NCBI RefSeq assembly: GCF_018977255.1
Contig: NW_024704743.1
Span: forward strand, 83,702,001 to 83,766,000
DNA: 64,000 nucleotides
DNA from: Callorhinchus milii
Lineage: Eukaryota
Direction: 5' to 3'
In this document: piece after piece, positions 24,366-38,300 of the stretch
Position numbering within the stretch: the first letter of the stretch is position 1
Layout: each line of letters begins with the position of its first letter
Program-made: the position numbers and the translations under genes
Notes under the pieces: generated by a model
Told to the model about the DNA's origin: nothing
Databases searched by the model: none
The model's input: only the letters and a program-made list of their open reading frames with translations

Positions 24366-27300
24366 CTGTTACTCCTCTCTGAAGAGGCTCTGGATTCTAG
24401 TGCTCCAAAATGGAAGCCTTGATGGAGGTCAAGAGAGATGACAGACCATTTTAGACCAGTGACTAATGAATAGATGCTCATACCGGTGCATCTAAGGGAC
24501 TAGAATTCAGCCCACCTGCAACTGTAATGAGCGTCTCACCAAAGGAATGTGAGTTAGCAGTGATGGTATCTATTCCAAGTAATTTCAACTTCCTCACACA
24601 TGTCGGATACAATGATTTCTCTCAGCCATTTTCCCTTTAAGGTCATTTCATAAATCCCCATTTAAGAATAAAATAGAAAGTTAAACGTTCATTTCATTGC
24701 TTGTAACCCATTTTGAAATCTGCCAGCAATGATGAAGCTCTCTATTTAAGATGCTGATGACACTCAATTGCTGAATTGATGAATTGCTATGAATTGACAA
24801 CATATCTTCCTCCTGCCCAAATGCACAAGTACATTTCTATCAAATCGTGACAAATAGATTCCATTATTAAAAAGATCAAAATCATGCAGAGAAAGACTAT
24901 TCATGTGCACAGTATGGAGACGACCAGTTTTATATTATTCCATTTTATACTTGTCAAGCAACCTTGCCCGGGTTGTTATTTCTGATTACACCAGCCTCGC
25001 TCATCAGCAGCACTTGGAGGGGCACTGGGAGCAGAAATTCTGCCCACTCGGTTCCTGTTAACCCTGAAAGCTCAAACCCTAAAAGATAGGGTGGCCTTAG
25101 CTGGACAAGCAGTGGCAAAGCTTGCCTTTTGAGGGCAAGCTATTCGGTTTTAGTTGGTTAAACCTCAGCAATTCCCCAATGCACACTGTGGTGTCCAAAA
25201 TCCTTGATTCTTGCTAAACTGCGCCTTATAGTTCCCTACAATTAGGTATGCAGGGTGTGTCCTTCTGGGGAGAGTGTGTGTATTCCATTCTGGGTTCACG
25301 TTCTCTATCCCATTAAAGATATCTAGAAGCTTCCCTGATACATTTATTTTCAAGGCTGAAGAGCCATAGTTTATCTAGTGCTTCTTCATAGCTTAATATT
25401 AATAACAATTATTAACCCTTTAATACAGGGACTCATTCTTGTTGCTCTACCTGCATAGTCTAAACTTTGCCCCTCGTACTCAGTACCATGTCCCTCAGAT
25501 GTGGCCAAAATGTCCAATTAATCTCATCATCCTTAAATCCCACACAGTGACTGACTCCATTAGCAGTGTGGGTCTTTTGTCTCTTTTCAGTCACAGATTC
25601 TGTTTCCCCCAGCCACCTTCACCACCTTCAGCAAAATGTTAAGCTTGTTTAGGGCAGGCTGAGTTACAAGAGTAGATTAACTCTTGTAAGGTGATTTTAT
25701 TCTTTTAGCTCTATTTCCAAAGTACGAAGAACATTATTGACTAAGACTAACTTTGGTTTTCATTCAGCAGATTCGTGTCTGTGATCACTTATAATGGAAG
25801 AGAACTTCTCCTTAACCCGGGAACATACTAAACGATCACTAAAAATAACCTCCCATTTCAGTCAGGAAATTATGTTGGTAATGGCAAACTCAATTCTGTT
25901 CAAGCCTCTCTCTTTCTCTCTGGCTCCAAACAACATCTCATCAATTTCAGAGCAATTTAATTTAGTTCAAAATTAACCAATTGACCAAGCAATTAGCTGA
26001 TGACATCTGTGAGCCTAGGCAGATAAAGAAGATCATTTATAAGCTGCTACAATGAAACATGGCAATGTTGCATCTATACGGATATAAATTGTAAATTGAG
26101 CTCGAGGAAGAGAATATGAGTGACAGCAATGTGGGTTAGAATTTTGAGCAACATAGTATCTAGCCAGGACCACTTTACCTTGAGAGCTTTAGGTCCAGTG
26201 CATATCTCAGGCACCTCCAAATCTCACTGATGAGACTGACAGGCAGTTCAACTGTCCACAGTAATAAATAGGTCACTTCAATCCACGACTGTTTGTGGGA
26301 CACTACTGGGTGCAATTGGCTGCTGCGGTTTGCCCACAAAATATAGTCAACTCATTTGCAGTATATCCTGTGAAATACTTTGAGACGTCTCGAAGATGTG
26401 ATAAGGCGCTATATCAAATGCAAGGATTATTATTATAGTAACACAATACTGTATTTCTTCTGTAAGAGTCTCTTCTCTGGGCTGAATGTTCAATACTCAA
26501 TACCAAGAATAATAACCCCACATTTACCTTAAGAGCTTTGACTCCAATACATATGTCAGGAAGCTCCAGATCTCACTGATGAGACTGACAGGTGGTTCAA
26601 CTGTCAACAGTGCCTAGGATTACTGTGAATTTGTTGCACTTTGTGGTTATATGCTGCCCCATTGGAATGAGATGAACACCAGGGAGACTTCCTTTACACC
26701 TCCACCCTTTTCCCTCCGAAACAATTGCTGATATGCTATTCAAGTCATAGATTTCAAAAGGAAGAGCAGAAGAGTGAATCCAATGGGATTTGAACTCAAA
26801 ACACTTTGATCCCAGTTAAAAGAAACTCTTAACAATGGAGCGAACTAGCAGCTGATTGATTACCAATGAGGGTAGGCATGGTTGGAAATAAGCAGAAGTT
26901 AGAAAGAAGCAGATCCAGCCATCTGGTCAGCCTGACTCCGCTGGCAACAAGCCACGTTCTCCAGCATTACACCTCAGCATCTCTGAGAGTCATCTTACAA
27001 CCCCACAATAACCACTCAGCTGTTAAGATTGTTTATTATCGTAGCAACAAGACATTCTACTGGGTGGGCAACAAGTACAAACTCATGGCCTGAGCTGAAC
27101 ACATGCTGTTAGTAGCCAGCCAGGAGGGAGGAGGAAAGGGCAGGGGTGTGGAGGAAGGGGCATGGGTATGGAGGAAGAAAGGACAAGGTAGCCTTGTAGT
27201 GCTCTAATTGAGATAAAAAGAGCAAGAGACTTTGAAAGTAACTGCGTTCCCTGATGGAGAAGCGCTATAACAACATTCCATTCCAATAAATTATCTCTGG

Positions 27301-27406
27301 AATTTCTTCATTTAGATGGGATGCATGGGACTCTGTTTGATTTTGATACTCTTAAGTATGGTGAAGGGTTTCCGCATGTGTTAACAAGAACAACAACAAA
27401 ATTACT

Positions 27407-27760
27407 GGAGTCCTGTAGCTCAGTGGTTGTGGAGTCCTGTAGCTCAGTGGTTAGAACACTCGCTTTGCAAGTGAGAGACCTGAGTTCAATTCCAGGCAGA
27501 GGGCGAAACCTTGGGCAAGTTTCCTTACTCCACACAGAGCCTAATAATAATCCCTCCAAAAAAAAACAATAATTAAATTGGTCATTTTCAATCTACGACT
27601 GTTTGTGGGACATTGCTGTGCGCAATTGGCTGCCGCGTTCGCCCACAAATATACAGTCAATTCACTTTACAGTGTGTTCTGTGAAGCGCTTTGGGACGTC
27701 CTCCCGACGTGAAAAGCGCTATATCAAATGCAAGGATTATTATTATTATTATTATTATTA
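27407..27760 (+). mobile_element. tRNA-Ala-headed SINE with duplicated 5' end
   Basis: ggagtcctgtagctcagtggtt at 27407 and 27431; full body and (ATT)n tail. Confidence 0.92.
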
Positions 27761-27990
27761 CATTTTATAGCGCCTTTCATGTCGGAAGGACGTTCCAAAG
27801 TGCTGAGCAATCAGTGTTTTGGACCCGAGCTGGGGGTCGGGATCGGGGAGGGTGCAGGGCAGTGGGGGAAGAAGGGTGATCAAAGCCACGATCAAAGAGG
27901 GTCTTGAGAAGGGATTTGAAGGAGGCAATGGAAGTGGCGAGGTGGAGGGACTGCAGGATGGAGTTCCAGAGGGTGGGGGCAGAAATGGTA
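27761..27990 (-). mobile_element. L2 LINE 3' fragment, tail-to-tail with a SINE
   Basis: SAPTLWNS...FKSLLKTLF peptide; similar to the reverse complement of 13580-13800. Confidence 0.8.
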
Positions 27991-28129
27991 AGAATTTGTA
28001 GCATTCGATACTATGTGAATACTTTTAGAAGTCTCCACACAATAGATTCTAATGCTATGCTCATGGCATTACAATATATTATTTGCACACGGACTATGAA
28101 AAAGAAAATGTGGTGTGTTCTTTTTGCAC

Positions 28130-28225
28130 ACTCTTAACATAGGTGCTATCACATGTTCTATACATGGGTGCTATTACATTCTTACATTCTCTATACATGG
28201 GTGCTATTACACGCTAAACATGGAT
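28130..28225 (+). repeat. Short tandem repeat of catgggtgctattaca-containing units
   Basis: ctatacatgggtgctattaca occurs twice with partial copies alongside. Confidence 0.7.
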
Positions 28226-30060
28226 TCCATCCCACCCTCTAAGCAATCACATCCTGTTAGCAGCTCAGTCTCTGAAACAATTTCATTTAAGCTGAAGGAG
28301 AAAAGAAGAAATCAGAGAATTGTGATCGAGCCTCTTTCAAAACATTTGAACTTCTTATAGCTTTGTTATTGAGCGCAATCTTGTCAGGCACAGGAGAGAT
28401 AATTGGTTGCTTGTCACCCACTGCAGGCTGATCATTTACCTGAAATTGTGAAGCAGGTAGTTGAAGGAAGGAGACTACAAAAGGGACACAGTTTCTTTTA
28501 ACAGCTGCAGATCTGCAGCATTGATTAAACCCACCCAGCGCATGTCACGCTGTTACTGGGATGAATTGACGGTTAATAGTGGACTGGTGAAGAATGAGTC
28601 AACCGTCAACAGACCAACCACAGGCAACAAACCAGGGTGCTGTGCTGCCTGGCACGGATGGTGTTGGCCGAGCTCCTGTTTCAATCTGCCCCTCCCTGCA
28701 GTCTAGTCACTTTTGTTTTGGACCATCTAATGCAGATCAATTCTACACATTTAGATGGCAGTTTAGTGAGAGAGTGCCAGACTGCCTGGAATTTGTGGCA
28801 GTCACTGGAAAGTGTAATAAGAGAAGCACATGTTAATAAGTTAATGTCAATTATGTCTAATTTACATTACCCCTGGAAAGCGATCTGTCAATCACTAACA
28901 ACTGGGTTCCTACTCACTGCTGGGTAAACAGGCGTGTGGAGTAAGGAAACTTGTTTAAGGTTTCGTCCTGCCCGGGAATCGCTTGTGAGGCAAGTGCTCT
29001 AACCAATACACTACAGGATCTTCCTGTTCACAGTGTGGGTTGGTGATGTTAATAGCGATGTCACAGATTATGTGTCGACAGCCTCACTATTCAGTTATAG
29101 AATCCAAACTGTCACATTGTAACAAGGTTTAACTGTACCTCACACCAACCCACGAGAACTCCACTCTGAGGAGATGTCAGGGTTTCAACCCCAATTTTAT
29201 AATCAGAAGTTTGCAGTAAAGTGTGTCTGCATGTGAATATATAATTATGTGTAATGGCTGCACCGTTGAATATTCATTGGATATACAACAATAATGTGCA
29301 TTTAGATAACGCCTTCATGCAGGATAGCAGCTCGGAGTGCTGAATGCACAATTTAGATATTCCCTACAATGGAAACTTTAACCTTAAAAAATTACAGCTT
29401 TTTTTTGGTGTGTTGTTAGTTATTGCTGACTCGAAGTTAACAGACAACTTAAAATGTCTGGAGCTCTGTGAATCCCCCCCACCCCACCAACCTGTTCTGT
29501 GGATGGAACACAAGAACTATATAATTCAATTGGTTAACATCCGTTTAACAATAATGATAAATGTGCTTTTTTCAGTCACAGGTAACTTAATCCTTGATTC
29601 CTTCCTTCCTCCAATCTGCAGCACTAACTGAAAGCAACCTCAGTGAAGTCACAGCTTGGTATGACCAGCTCATGGGCAGCCTTATCATGTTGTTAAGAGG
29701 TCTCAAAGCGCTTCACACGATTTTACTGTGAAGTGTAGTGACTGTGCATTTGAAAGTGATTGCGGTAACTGCTCTTCTCATTTTGAATAGTGTCATGGGA
29801 TCTTTGACGTGCACCTGAGCAGGCAAATGGGATCTCAGTTTAACATCTCAACCGAAAGATGGCACCTAACAAGCATATCCCCAGCATTGTACTGGAGTGT
29901 CAGCCTAAACTATGCGAGTTCAAAGTCCCAAAGTGTGACTTGAACACGCAAGCTCTTGGCTCAGAGGCAAAATATTGAAATATCAACACTCGTACCCCTA
30001 AAACTTTAATAACAAAGTTCAGATTGAAAAGTTTAAATAGGTGCTCAAGGTATTCAAATG

Positions 30061-30516
30061 CAATCAAATCTGTTAAAGTGACCACCTCTAGTCAACAACC
30101 ACCAATTTTCTATAATAAACCATTGCTATTCAATGACCGTCTGTCTAACGCCATGGCCGCTCTTTTTTTCTTTAGCTCTTTTCAGTGGCCAGTTCTAAGT
30201 GAATTTAACTGTATATATCGGTAATGCGTTACCAATTTCCGCAGCCGACATTCAGACTCCCACTAGATTTCTAGCGCATTTACCAACTGAGCAGCCCATG
30301 AATGCCCACAGCTTCCAACCTCACTGGTGAAGCAGTGTTGGTAAATGTGCTTGGATTCTAGCGGTAGTCTACATGTGGCCCTCTGGAACTTTTTTGGCCC
30401 ACAGAAATTTCGGGCCCAGTCAATGAACCAATGAATCCTTACTCAAAAGACGACCACCTTTACATGAAGGCCACTTTGTCAAGTCCCCGAGTGGTTGCTG
30501 AAAAGAGGTTTGATTG
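30061..30516. mobile_element. Tc1/mariner (Tigger/pogo-like) MITE with internal inverted repeat
   Basis: Terminal inverted repeats CAATCAAATCT / AGGTTTGATTG followed by TA; subterminal GACCACC repeats. Confidence 0.65.
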
Positions 30517-30915
30517 TATTATAAACCTTGAATGCACAAGGTTTAACTAAAGAAAGCTATTTTCTTCCTTTTTCTTTCAATGTCTGTTCCTTCATGCATC
30601 TCATGGGGGTGGTTGTGATCCTACATTACTCTTTTGCCTTCTGCACAAAGCATATTTCAAATGGTTCTGAAACAAAAATGCCCTGAGGCAGTCCTAGTGA
30701 CAGCCCTGCATTTATTAGTTAGGTAGGTAGGAGGCTGACAAAACCCACGTTACAAATTCTTTGTCAATTCTTTGTAGTTGACTTATTTGTCATTGAATTA
30801 CTTATTTCAGAGGTTTCCAACTTATTGTAGCTCGAACCAACAGTTACAGAAATTCAGACACCATCAAACCACTGCTTCACTAACGACAATCAGGCTAGTT
30901 GTTTCCTCAAGAATA

Positions 30916-31239
30916 AATAATAATATAATAATAATAATCCTTGCATTTGATATAGCGCTTTTCACGTCGGGAGGACATCCCAAAGCGCTTCACAGAACAC
31001 ACTGTAAAGTGAATTGACTGTATATTTGTGGGCGAACGCGGCAGCCAATTGCGCATAGCAATGTCCTACAACCAGTCGTAGATTGAAAATGACCAATTTT
31101 ATTATTGTTTTTGGTTTTGGAGGGATTATTATTAGGCGTGTGGAGTAAGGAAATTTGCCCAAGGTTTCGCCCTGCCTGGAATTGAACCCAGGTCTCTCAC
31201 TTGCAAAGCGAGTGCTCTAACCACTGAGCTACAGGACTC
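30916..31239 (-). mobile_element. tRNA-Ala-headed SINE
   Basis: Full-length reverse complement of the family. Confidence 0.92.
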
Positions 31240-31473
31240 TTATTTAAATCTTATTTAACTGCACAACATTGAATTAGAATTCAAACAAGTAACCTTGAAC
31301 TTTTTAACATCCATTTTCAAAATGAGAAGGGAGTTTTGTTTGGTGTCTTGCTCAACAATCCCCCAAATAAAACTGATGATTCACTTCATGAATGTTGTTG
31401 GTACATTGCTTTGTGCAAATTGGTTGTCACATTTGTCTCCAAAATATACAGTCACAAATTATACTGTACTCGT

Positions 31474-31790
31474 GGAGTCCTGTGGCTCAGTGGTTAGAGC
31501 ACTCGCTTTTCAAGCGAGAGACCTGAGTTCAATTCCAGGCAGGGCGAAACCTTGGGCAAGTTTCCTTACTCCACACGCCTAATAATAATCCCTCCAAAAC
31601 CAAAAACAATAATAAAAAAATGGTCATTTTCAATCTACGACTGTTTGTGGGTCATTGCTGTGCGCAACTGGATGCCGCGTTCGCCCACAAATATACAGTC
31701 AATTCACTTTACAGTGTGTTCTGTGAAGCGCTTCGGGACGTCCTCCCGACGTGAAAAGCGCTATATCAAATGCAAGGATTATTATTATTA
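31474..31790 (+). mobile_element. tRNA-Ala-headed SINE inserted in the tail of an older SINE (about 31300-31865)
   Basis: Full-length copy; older tail sequence resumes after 31790. Confidence 0.92.
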
Positions 31791-32304
31791 TGTACAGTAA
31801 AATGCCTTGTAACGTTCTTTTGATGTGAAAGGCACTATGTCAAAAACAAAGAGTATTATTATTGTATTTCCATGGTTATTTTACTGGAGCATAAAGAAAG
31901 CACACTGATGCATTACAGTGACTGTGGGCACAGAACATCAGAGAATGGCTTGAACACCTTTAGAAATCAATGTCTTCTCTGGGCCAGAGATCCTTATTGT
32001 TATCCTTCTTAAAAGTTGCAGTTGTCCAAACATGGAACTGGTGATAGAGCAAATCGCTATACCATCACATGATAAGCCTTGGGTGGCCTGCAGTGGAACT
32101 GTGCCATATTACACAACACTAAAGGGATAAAGGTTCAGATACCAGGATGGCTGAATGCATTAAAGGGCATTTTGCATTGTCTTTGCACTGCTCACTCTTC
32201 TCAGCTCCACCCCCCTCCCCAGTTTGGCCTCCCCGTCAGTTGTGTGAAACGCTTTGAGATGCCCTTATGATGAGAAGGGGCCTATATAAATGTAAATTCT
32301 TGTT

Positions 32305-32465
32305 GACACTATTACTGGTTGCACAAGTCCCTTTGACACTATTAGTGTTTGCACCATTCACTGTGATACTATTACTGCTTCACCATTTGTCATGACACGA
32401 TTAGTTTGCACCACTCACTGTGACACCATTAGTTAGGACCATGCAGTTTGGCACCATCACTGTTT
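32305..32465 (+). repeat. Diverged ~29-bp tandem repeat (gacactattagt.tgcaccattcactgt), about 5 copies
   Basis: Visible periodic gacactatta/gatactatta/gacacgatta/gacaccatta. Confidence 0.8.
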
Positions 32466-35077
32466 TCACACACACAATGTGGCACTATTACAATTTCGTA
32501 ATAATGGAAGACAAATAATATCCCATTTATCCTCTTCTTCCCCCGCCACACCCCCACCCCACCCAGAAAAGTAAAGAAACATGAGTACTTGAGATTCCAC
32601 CTGCAAGGACACTGCTGGGGGAAAGCTTTGGGGAGTCTGGAAAGTACATTGAGAAATGGAACCAGAATGTGCAGAATCGGTGGAATACATATTCCTCTCT
32701 CCCCCACTCCCCCCAAACACCATCACCACCACCACTAATGCTCTGGGCATTTGAACCGTTGCTTGGGGTCAAAAGGGTACAAAATGAAACAAAAAAGTCC
32801 ATGTTTGCACGTGGTGGGACAGGCTATGGGAGAAATTCTCAAAGGCATGAGAGGAATGTGGCTCCTTAGCAGATAGCTTGCAGAATTGTAACGCTCTGGA
32901 CGGTAACGGCCATTGTTATCACCCACCAGTTTAAGAATATAAAAAGTCTCTTTGTTGTAATTGCAGAATACTCACATATTTGTCTATGATTAATATTTGG
33001 AACAGCACTTTTTTTTAATGGAATTTCAATACACGATGCAACTTCGCTTTTTTCCAGGATTAAAATGAAACAAATTTGTACCTTTTTCTATCATGGACTT
33101 CTGAGCAAAGCAAACAATATGCAAGGATTATTCAAATGCAAGAATTATTAAAATATGTTCTATTTAGTAATTTGCCAAAACACTGAATGTCCAGCGCCTT
33201 GGGGCATCCTCTCAATGTGAAAGGCTATACAAATATAATTTTGTTGTTGTTGCTGTCATTGATTAATGCAATTTAAGCTTGTTACTGTGTAAAACAACAA
33301 CAACAAATTGCATTTATATCCCCCCCTTTCACGTCAGGAGGATGCCCTAAGGCGCTGAACAGATAAAGGTTTGCACCCTTAACTAGATTACCCACAAACG
33401 GTTAAGTGGGGTTTATGGTTGCTATGGATTAGATACAAGCAGCCATTTAGTGTTCAGTGTAGCAGATCTATTTGGGACAATTCTGCTTCATACGAAGTGT
33501 GATCCTGTTACATACAGATGGTAGTCTTCCTGCTTTAGCTGTATATAAATAGATTGACTGTACCAGGGCTAACAAAGACAGGACTGAACTGGGATTTCTT
33601 TAAGAATGGCATTTATTATACCAGTGTTCACATGATGTGTTATTTCACACTTGTTAAAATGCACAAAAAAAGAAAATGTGAATGAAAACAATAGTTTAGC
33701 TGTCTCCCTGAGGTCTGTACTGTACATTTCCATTCCCTTTCTTATCAACTTTGAAAGGGTTACAATTTTTTTTAGTTATGACATAGTTTGATAGGCATGG
33801 ATCTTACAGGGACATATGTTAAGAGGTTCACATCGTTGTACATCTTCAAAACAGGATGACGGGAAGAAGGGTAAAGACTATCTGGTAAGAACTTTTGAGT
33901 GAAGAGGGTTCAGGGGAACAAATTAAGAAATTCTTTAAAACTTATTTAAGAAACAGTTTAATGCTGGAATGGGTATCCTGGAATGGGATGATCAGACCTC
34001 TTCATCTGAACTTCTTTTTTGATAGTGTAACTAGTGATCTTTTCATATCACGATAAACAAGTAAAAACAAAGGGATCATGATTGTTAAGCAATTCATTCA
34101 GGTTAGAATCTGATGTGGGCACCTTGCACAAAACAAAGCAGCAGCATGAAAAAAAGAACCGTCACTCAATGGTCAAAAATGTGTGTCTAAACTGTGGGCA
34201 GGAAGATGGTTCATGCTGAGCTTTTCTGCATACCATCAAGTTTGGACTTCTGGTAAGGGCCAAAATCTCCATTTCTTGGATTTCAAATGACCAACCAGTG
34301 ACTAAACTCCTTGGCGGAGAGGTGAGTGGGATCTGAACTGCCTCTGAGGTGACATGTTTGGCAATGGAACGTCAGAATCAAGTCAATCCTGAGCGGAAAG
34401 AACCCTTGCCACTGGGAGCAAGGGTTCTTTCCGCTCAGCTACATTTTCCCCTGCAAATCAAAGTCCTAGCGAGTAGGGTGGTCCTAGCTGAACAAGCAGT
34501 GGGAAAGCTTGTCAGGCAGCGCTATCAATGGCAAGCTATGCAGTTTTAGCTGGTTAGACTCCAGCAGTACTGCCCGCAGTGCACACTCTTTCAAAAATAT
34601 AAATGCAAGTTGTCCGCAAGCCTTCACTTTTGCCAGTCTGCATCTCATACTCTCCAGAATTAGGTACACAGGGTGCTTTCCTCCAGGGAGTGAGAGCGCA
34701 TTCTGTTTTTGTTTCATAAATAGAGAATTTGTATGTGTGTGAAAGAAAGCAACCAGCTGGGCCTGACCTAAGCATTTCAGGCAAATTACCTGACATAATG
34801 ACTGCTTTTGTATTGAGCGTCAAAAAATCTAGTCGGATTCAACCCACGACTGTTTGTGGAACACTGCTGTGCGCAATTTGCTGCCATTATTATATGGGGT
34901 GGGGGGTTTGCTTTGGAACACAGGCTTTTTGAAAGAAACAGTGACAGATAAACAGTCAGCACTGACGCTGTCATGCCGCAGAGTTAGCTTCTCAATGTTC
35001 CCTTGAAAATCTTGAAACTGGTCAAGTCATAAATTACTTTTATAGTAAAAAATCCACGCATTTTATATCATTCCTTT

Positions 35078-35350
35078 CAACAACAACTTGCATTTTAGAA
35101 CAACTTGCATTTATATAGCGCCCTTCACGTGGGGTAGTGTCCCGGAGGGTTTGACAGTGGTGAAGTCTGACAACGAGCTAGGGGGAGTGAGAGGGGGGAA
35201 GTGACCGTAAGCACGATCAAAAAGGAGGGTCTTTAGGTGGGATTTAAAGGTGGGGAGGAAGGGGGCAAGGCGGAGAGATTGAGGGAGAGAGTGACATAGT
35301 TTTGGGGCGTAGGTAGGGAGGTGTGAGGGCATGAAGGGATTTAAAAACGA
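35078..35350 (-). mobile_element. L2 LINE 3' fragment
   Basis: LPQSLRLAP..FKSHLKTLLF peptide and shared tail. Confidence 0.8.
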
Positions 35351-38300
35351 GTGGGAAGATATCTCCAAGCACTTCACAGGATTGTTGTCACCAGCGTGAC
35401 TTCAGCAACTGAAAGACTTTCCAGTTTTCAAGGATTGTGCACATTTTTTTCATAGTTATTTGTTAACATCATTTTGGTAACATCTGTACCAATTGGTAAT
35501 GGATGGTGGAATTGTAGAAGGGCACTGGACTGTGCAATTTTTATACAGCAATGATTTGGGCTCTATATTTTGATGTTAATGTTTTAAGCGTTGTTGCAAT
35601 GCACTGATAGGGTTAAGATCCAGAGAATGAGGAGGATGGAATACCAATAGTATAAACACTGCCAATGGTTGCGGCAATTTAAAATTGAAAAAACAGCAGT
35701 TCCTTATGGTCATTAAAATTCCATCCATTTTAAACAGAATGGTATGTCCAGAGGCACAATGGAGGCCGTTGAGACTGGCTGCATGAGATCAGCACTCGAG
35801 TGTACGAGGCTGGATTGATGAATCTCTGGAGGGGCTAAAGGGGGAGAAAAAACAGGCAGCAGAGCAGCATAACAGGGCAAAGAGTGCCATCCAAACTGGG
35901 TATTGTTGTGCATTTTGGGGAGCATGTCACAAATAATGCAGCTTAGGGGGCAAGTGAGAAAAATAGCAATTTCAATATTTTATGCAGCAGTAGACGTTGT
36001 TCTGCTCCCTGCCCTCCATGTATTAATTGTCTTGGGTGCAGTAATATTCTCTCCTGTTCACCGAGCTTCATGGGCTTCTCTCATGTGTGAGTTAATAATC
36101 TCACTGAAATTTAAAGATCCTGACTTTTTATACTTTTAAACTGCTTTAAAGGCTATTAACAAGCACTCGGAGGAAAAATTGTGAAACATTAAAACTCAAA
36201 ATTCGATGTTTTTCGGCGGCAATGAATAAGTTGTAAAGAGCCCGTGGAGATGCTTACATTGCAATCTGCGGCATTTTCTAAAAATTACATCATTTATGAA
36301 ATTAGGAATTTATCAATAAAGCATCTTAGTTTTCCACTCCAATATTGAATACTGCAACATCGTGTATTTATACAGCACTCTTCACACCGGAACAAGAATA
36401 CCATTCTTTTCATAAATTTCCCATAAAAAGTTAATTCACATAGTCTTTAACCTGTTCATTCGTCAGTTCCAACACAGCTGTCACTTACTTCTACAGCACG
36501 GGGTCCTGGCTGTCCTGAGTTCATCTCTCAATGTCATTTTTGTCAGTTAATTATACAGAATTATTTTGTTCCCTTTTAAACCCGTATCCACTTAGAAAAA
36601 GTGGATCATAATTAAGTTTTTTCCCTGAATGAAGATTGTAAATATTTGGTGGAAACATCGAAGAAAAAAATCAAAGGTGTAACCAACTGCAAACAGTTTG
36701 TGAACAGACTAAATAGCGGCCTCAATGGCTGGGAATTAGTGCAGATCAATTCCCTAGTGACTTCAATGCATTCACTCCAGGCAATGTTCAAGCACTGAGT
36801 GTGAACTCTGCGGAAGTGCGCCAATTATAATAATATTATAAATATTTAGTATTTCCTTGCCAGAAACATAACAATATTTACACAACATCTTTTTCATGTT
36901 GAAAGGACATCTCAAAGCACTGACAATCTGAGCTGGGGGTGGGAGCCAAGGGAGGTGGGATGGGAGGGGAAACGATGACTGAAAGAGTGGTCAAAGAGTT
37001 AGGTTTATGTGCCTTGATTGAGAGGAGGGAGAGAGAGAGAGCATGTTGGAGAGACTCCAGGAAATAAAATCCTGAAATTGGGGGCAAAATGCTGTTGGTG
37101 GGGCTGATGAAGTGGGGGAAATGAAGCCAGGGTCGTGGACCTGAAACGTTGACTCACTTTCCTTTCTCCATAGATGCTGCCTGACCTGATGAGTGTTCCC
37201 AGTGTTCCCTGTTTTTGTTAATGTGGGCATCAGGTCTGATCACGCTCATCGCTGCTATGTTGCAAGTCCAACCNAAAAAATCAAAGAGTGGTGATACTTT
37301 TGCTGCCCATTAACTTCCCAAATTCGAACCATTGCAGCTAGCAGACAGAAATCTGCCTCTGCAAATCAGGCATCACATTCAGTCTGCTGAATTCTTCAAC
37401 TTAGGGGTCGAACAACTATTCAGCATTTCTGACTGCCTCTTGCCTTAGGACCGCTGATTATTTAAGACAAAGCATTTTTACTTGTCCCAACTGGAATAAT
37501 TCTAACAGCCTTTTTCCAACCCCCTCTACTCATTTGCAGTTGCACCCTCTTGCTGGTAAGCCTGCTCTGTTTGATTGTAGAGGAGAGGGACAGCATGTCG
37601 ATGGATGCTTTCTAAAGGTGTATTTTTGTTTGAGATGGTTTACATGACCCATTTTATAGTATTTAACAAATGAACTGGATCACCTGGAATGGCCAAAGAA
37701 TCTCTGACTATTGTTTGGGGCAGCAAAGAGAAAAGAAGGTTTGGGCTCTATTGAATTTCATTATTTGGTCTGGAAAGTGGGGAAGCAAGAGAAGAAGTGA
37801 GGAGTCATACTGATGTTCCAGTAACCCAAATTATCATACATTACACAGATTAATAGAGGGTTAAAAGAAAGGTGTTAGATGTGAACAAAGGACCATAGTA
37901 GCAAAACAACTCAAAACCAGAATCACACAAGGGAATGACAATGACAAATAGTAGACAATTTATATGAATGTCAATTACTGATTGACAGAAACTGGTTCTC
38001 CAATTGTATCTCAAAACCCTTATTTGAAAGTTCCCATTGGAGAAGCTATGAATAACACCTCAAGACAAGAACTAAAGGATATCAAGCACCACATTCACAA
38101 ATTACTTTTTTATATAGAATCTCTATGGAACAAATATAAACCATATAGCAGTACCACTACCTAGAATCAAATGCTGGTGTAAATGTCAGGTTGTCTCAGT
38201 TGGTGGATCTTTTGCTTCTGAAGCAGAAGGTTGTGTGTTCAAGTCTCACATTGGGATTTGAGCTTGTTGTCGAGCTAGCCTAGTCCAGTGTAGTAATGGG

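Noticed and set aside
26570..26610. CTGATGA as a second hammerhead core
   Set aside because: No GAAA box after the following stem.
27431..27505. tRNA-Ala(UGC) gene (also at 12933, 24021, 31474, 49800 and others)
   Set aside because: Each cloverleaf-like head continues into the same SINE body and tail, so these are SINE heads.
31552..31800. Recurrent MGKFPYSTRL... and ...KRYIKCKDYYY ORFs suggesting a small gene family
   Set aside because: They are translations of SINE copies.
32305..32465. CRISPR-like periodic repeat
   Set aside because: Contiguous degenerate tandem units without unique spacers, eukaryotic context, no cas genes.
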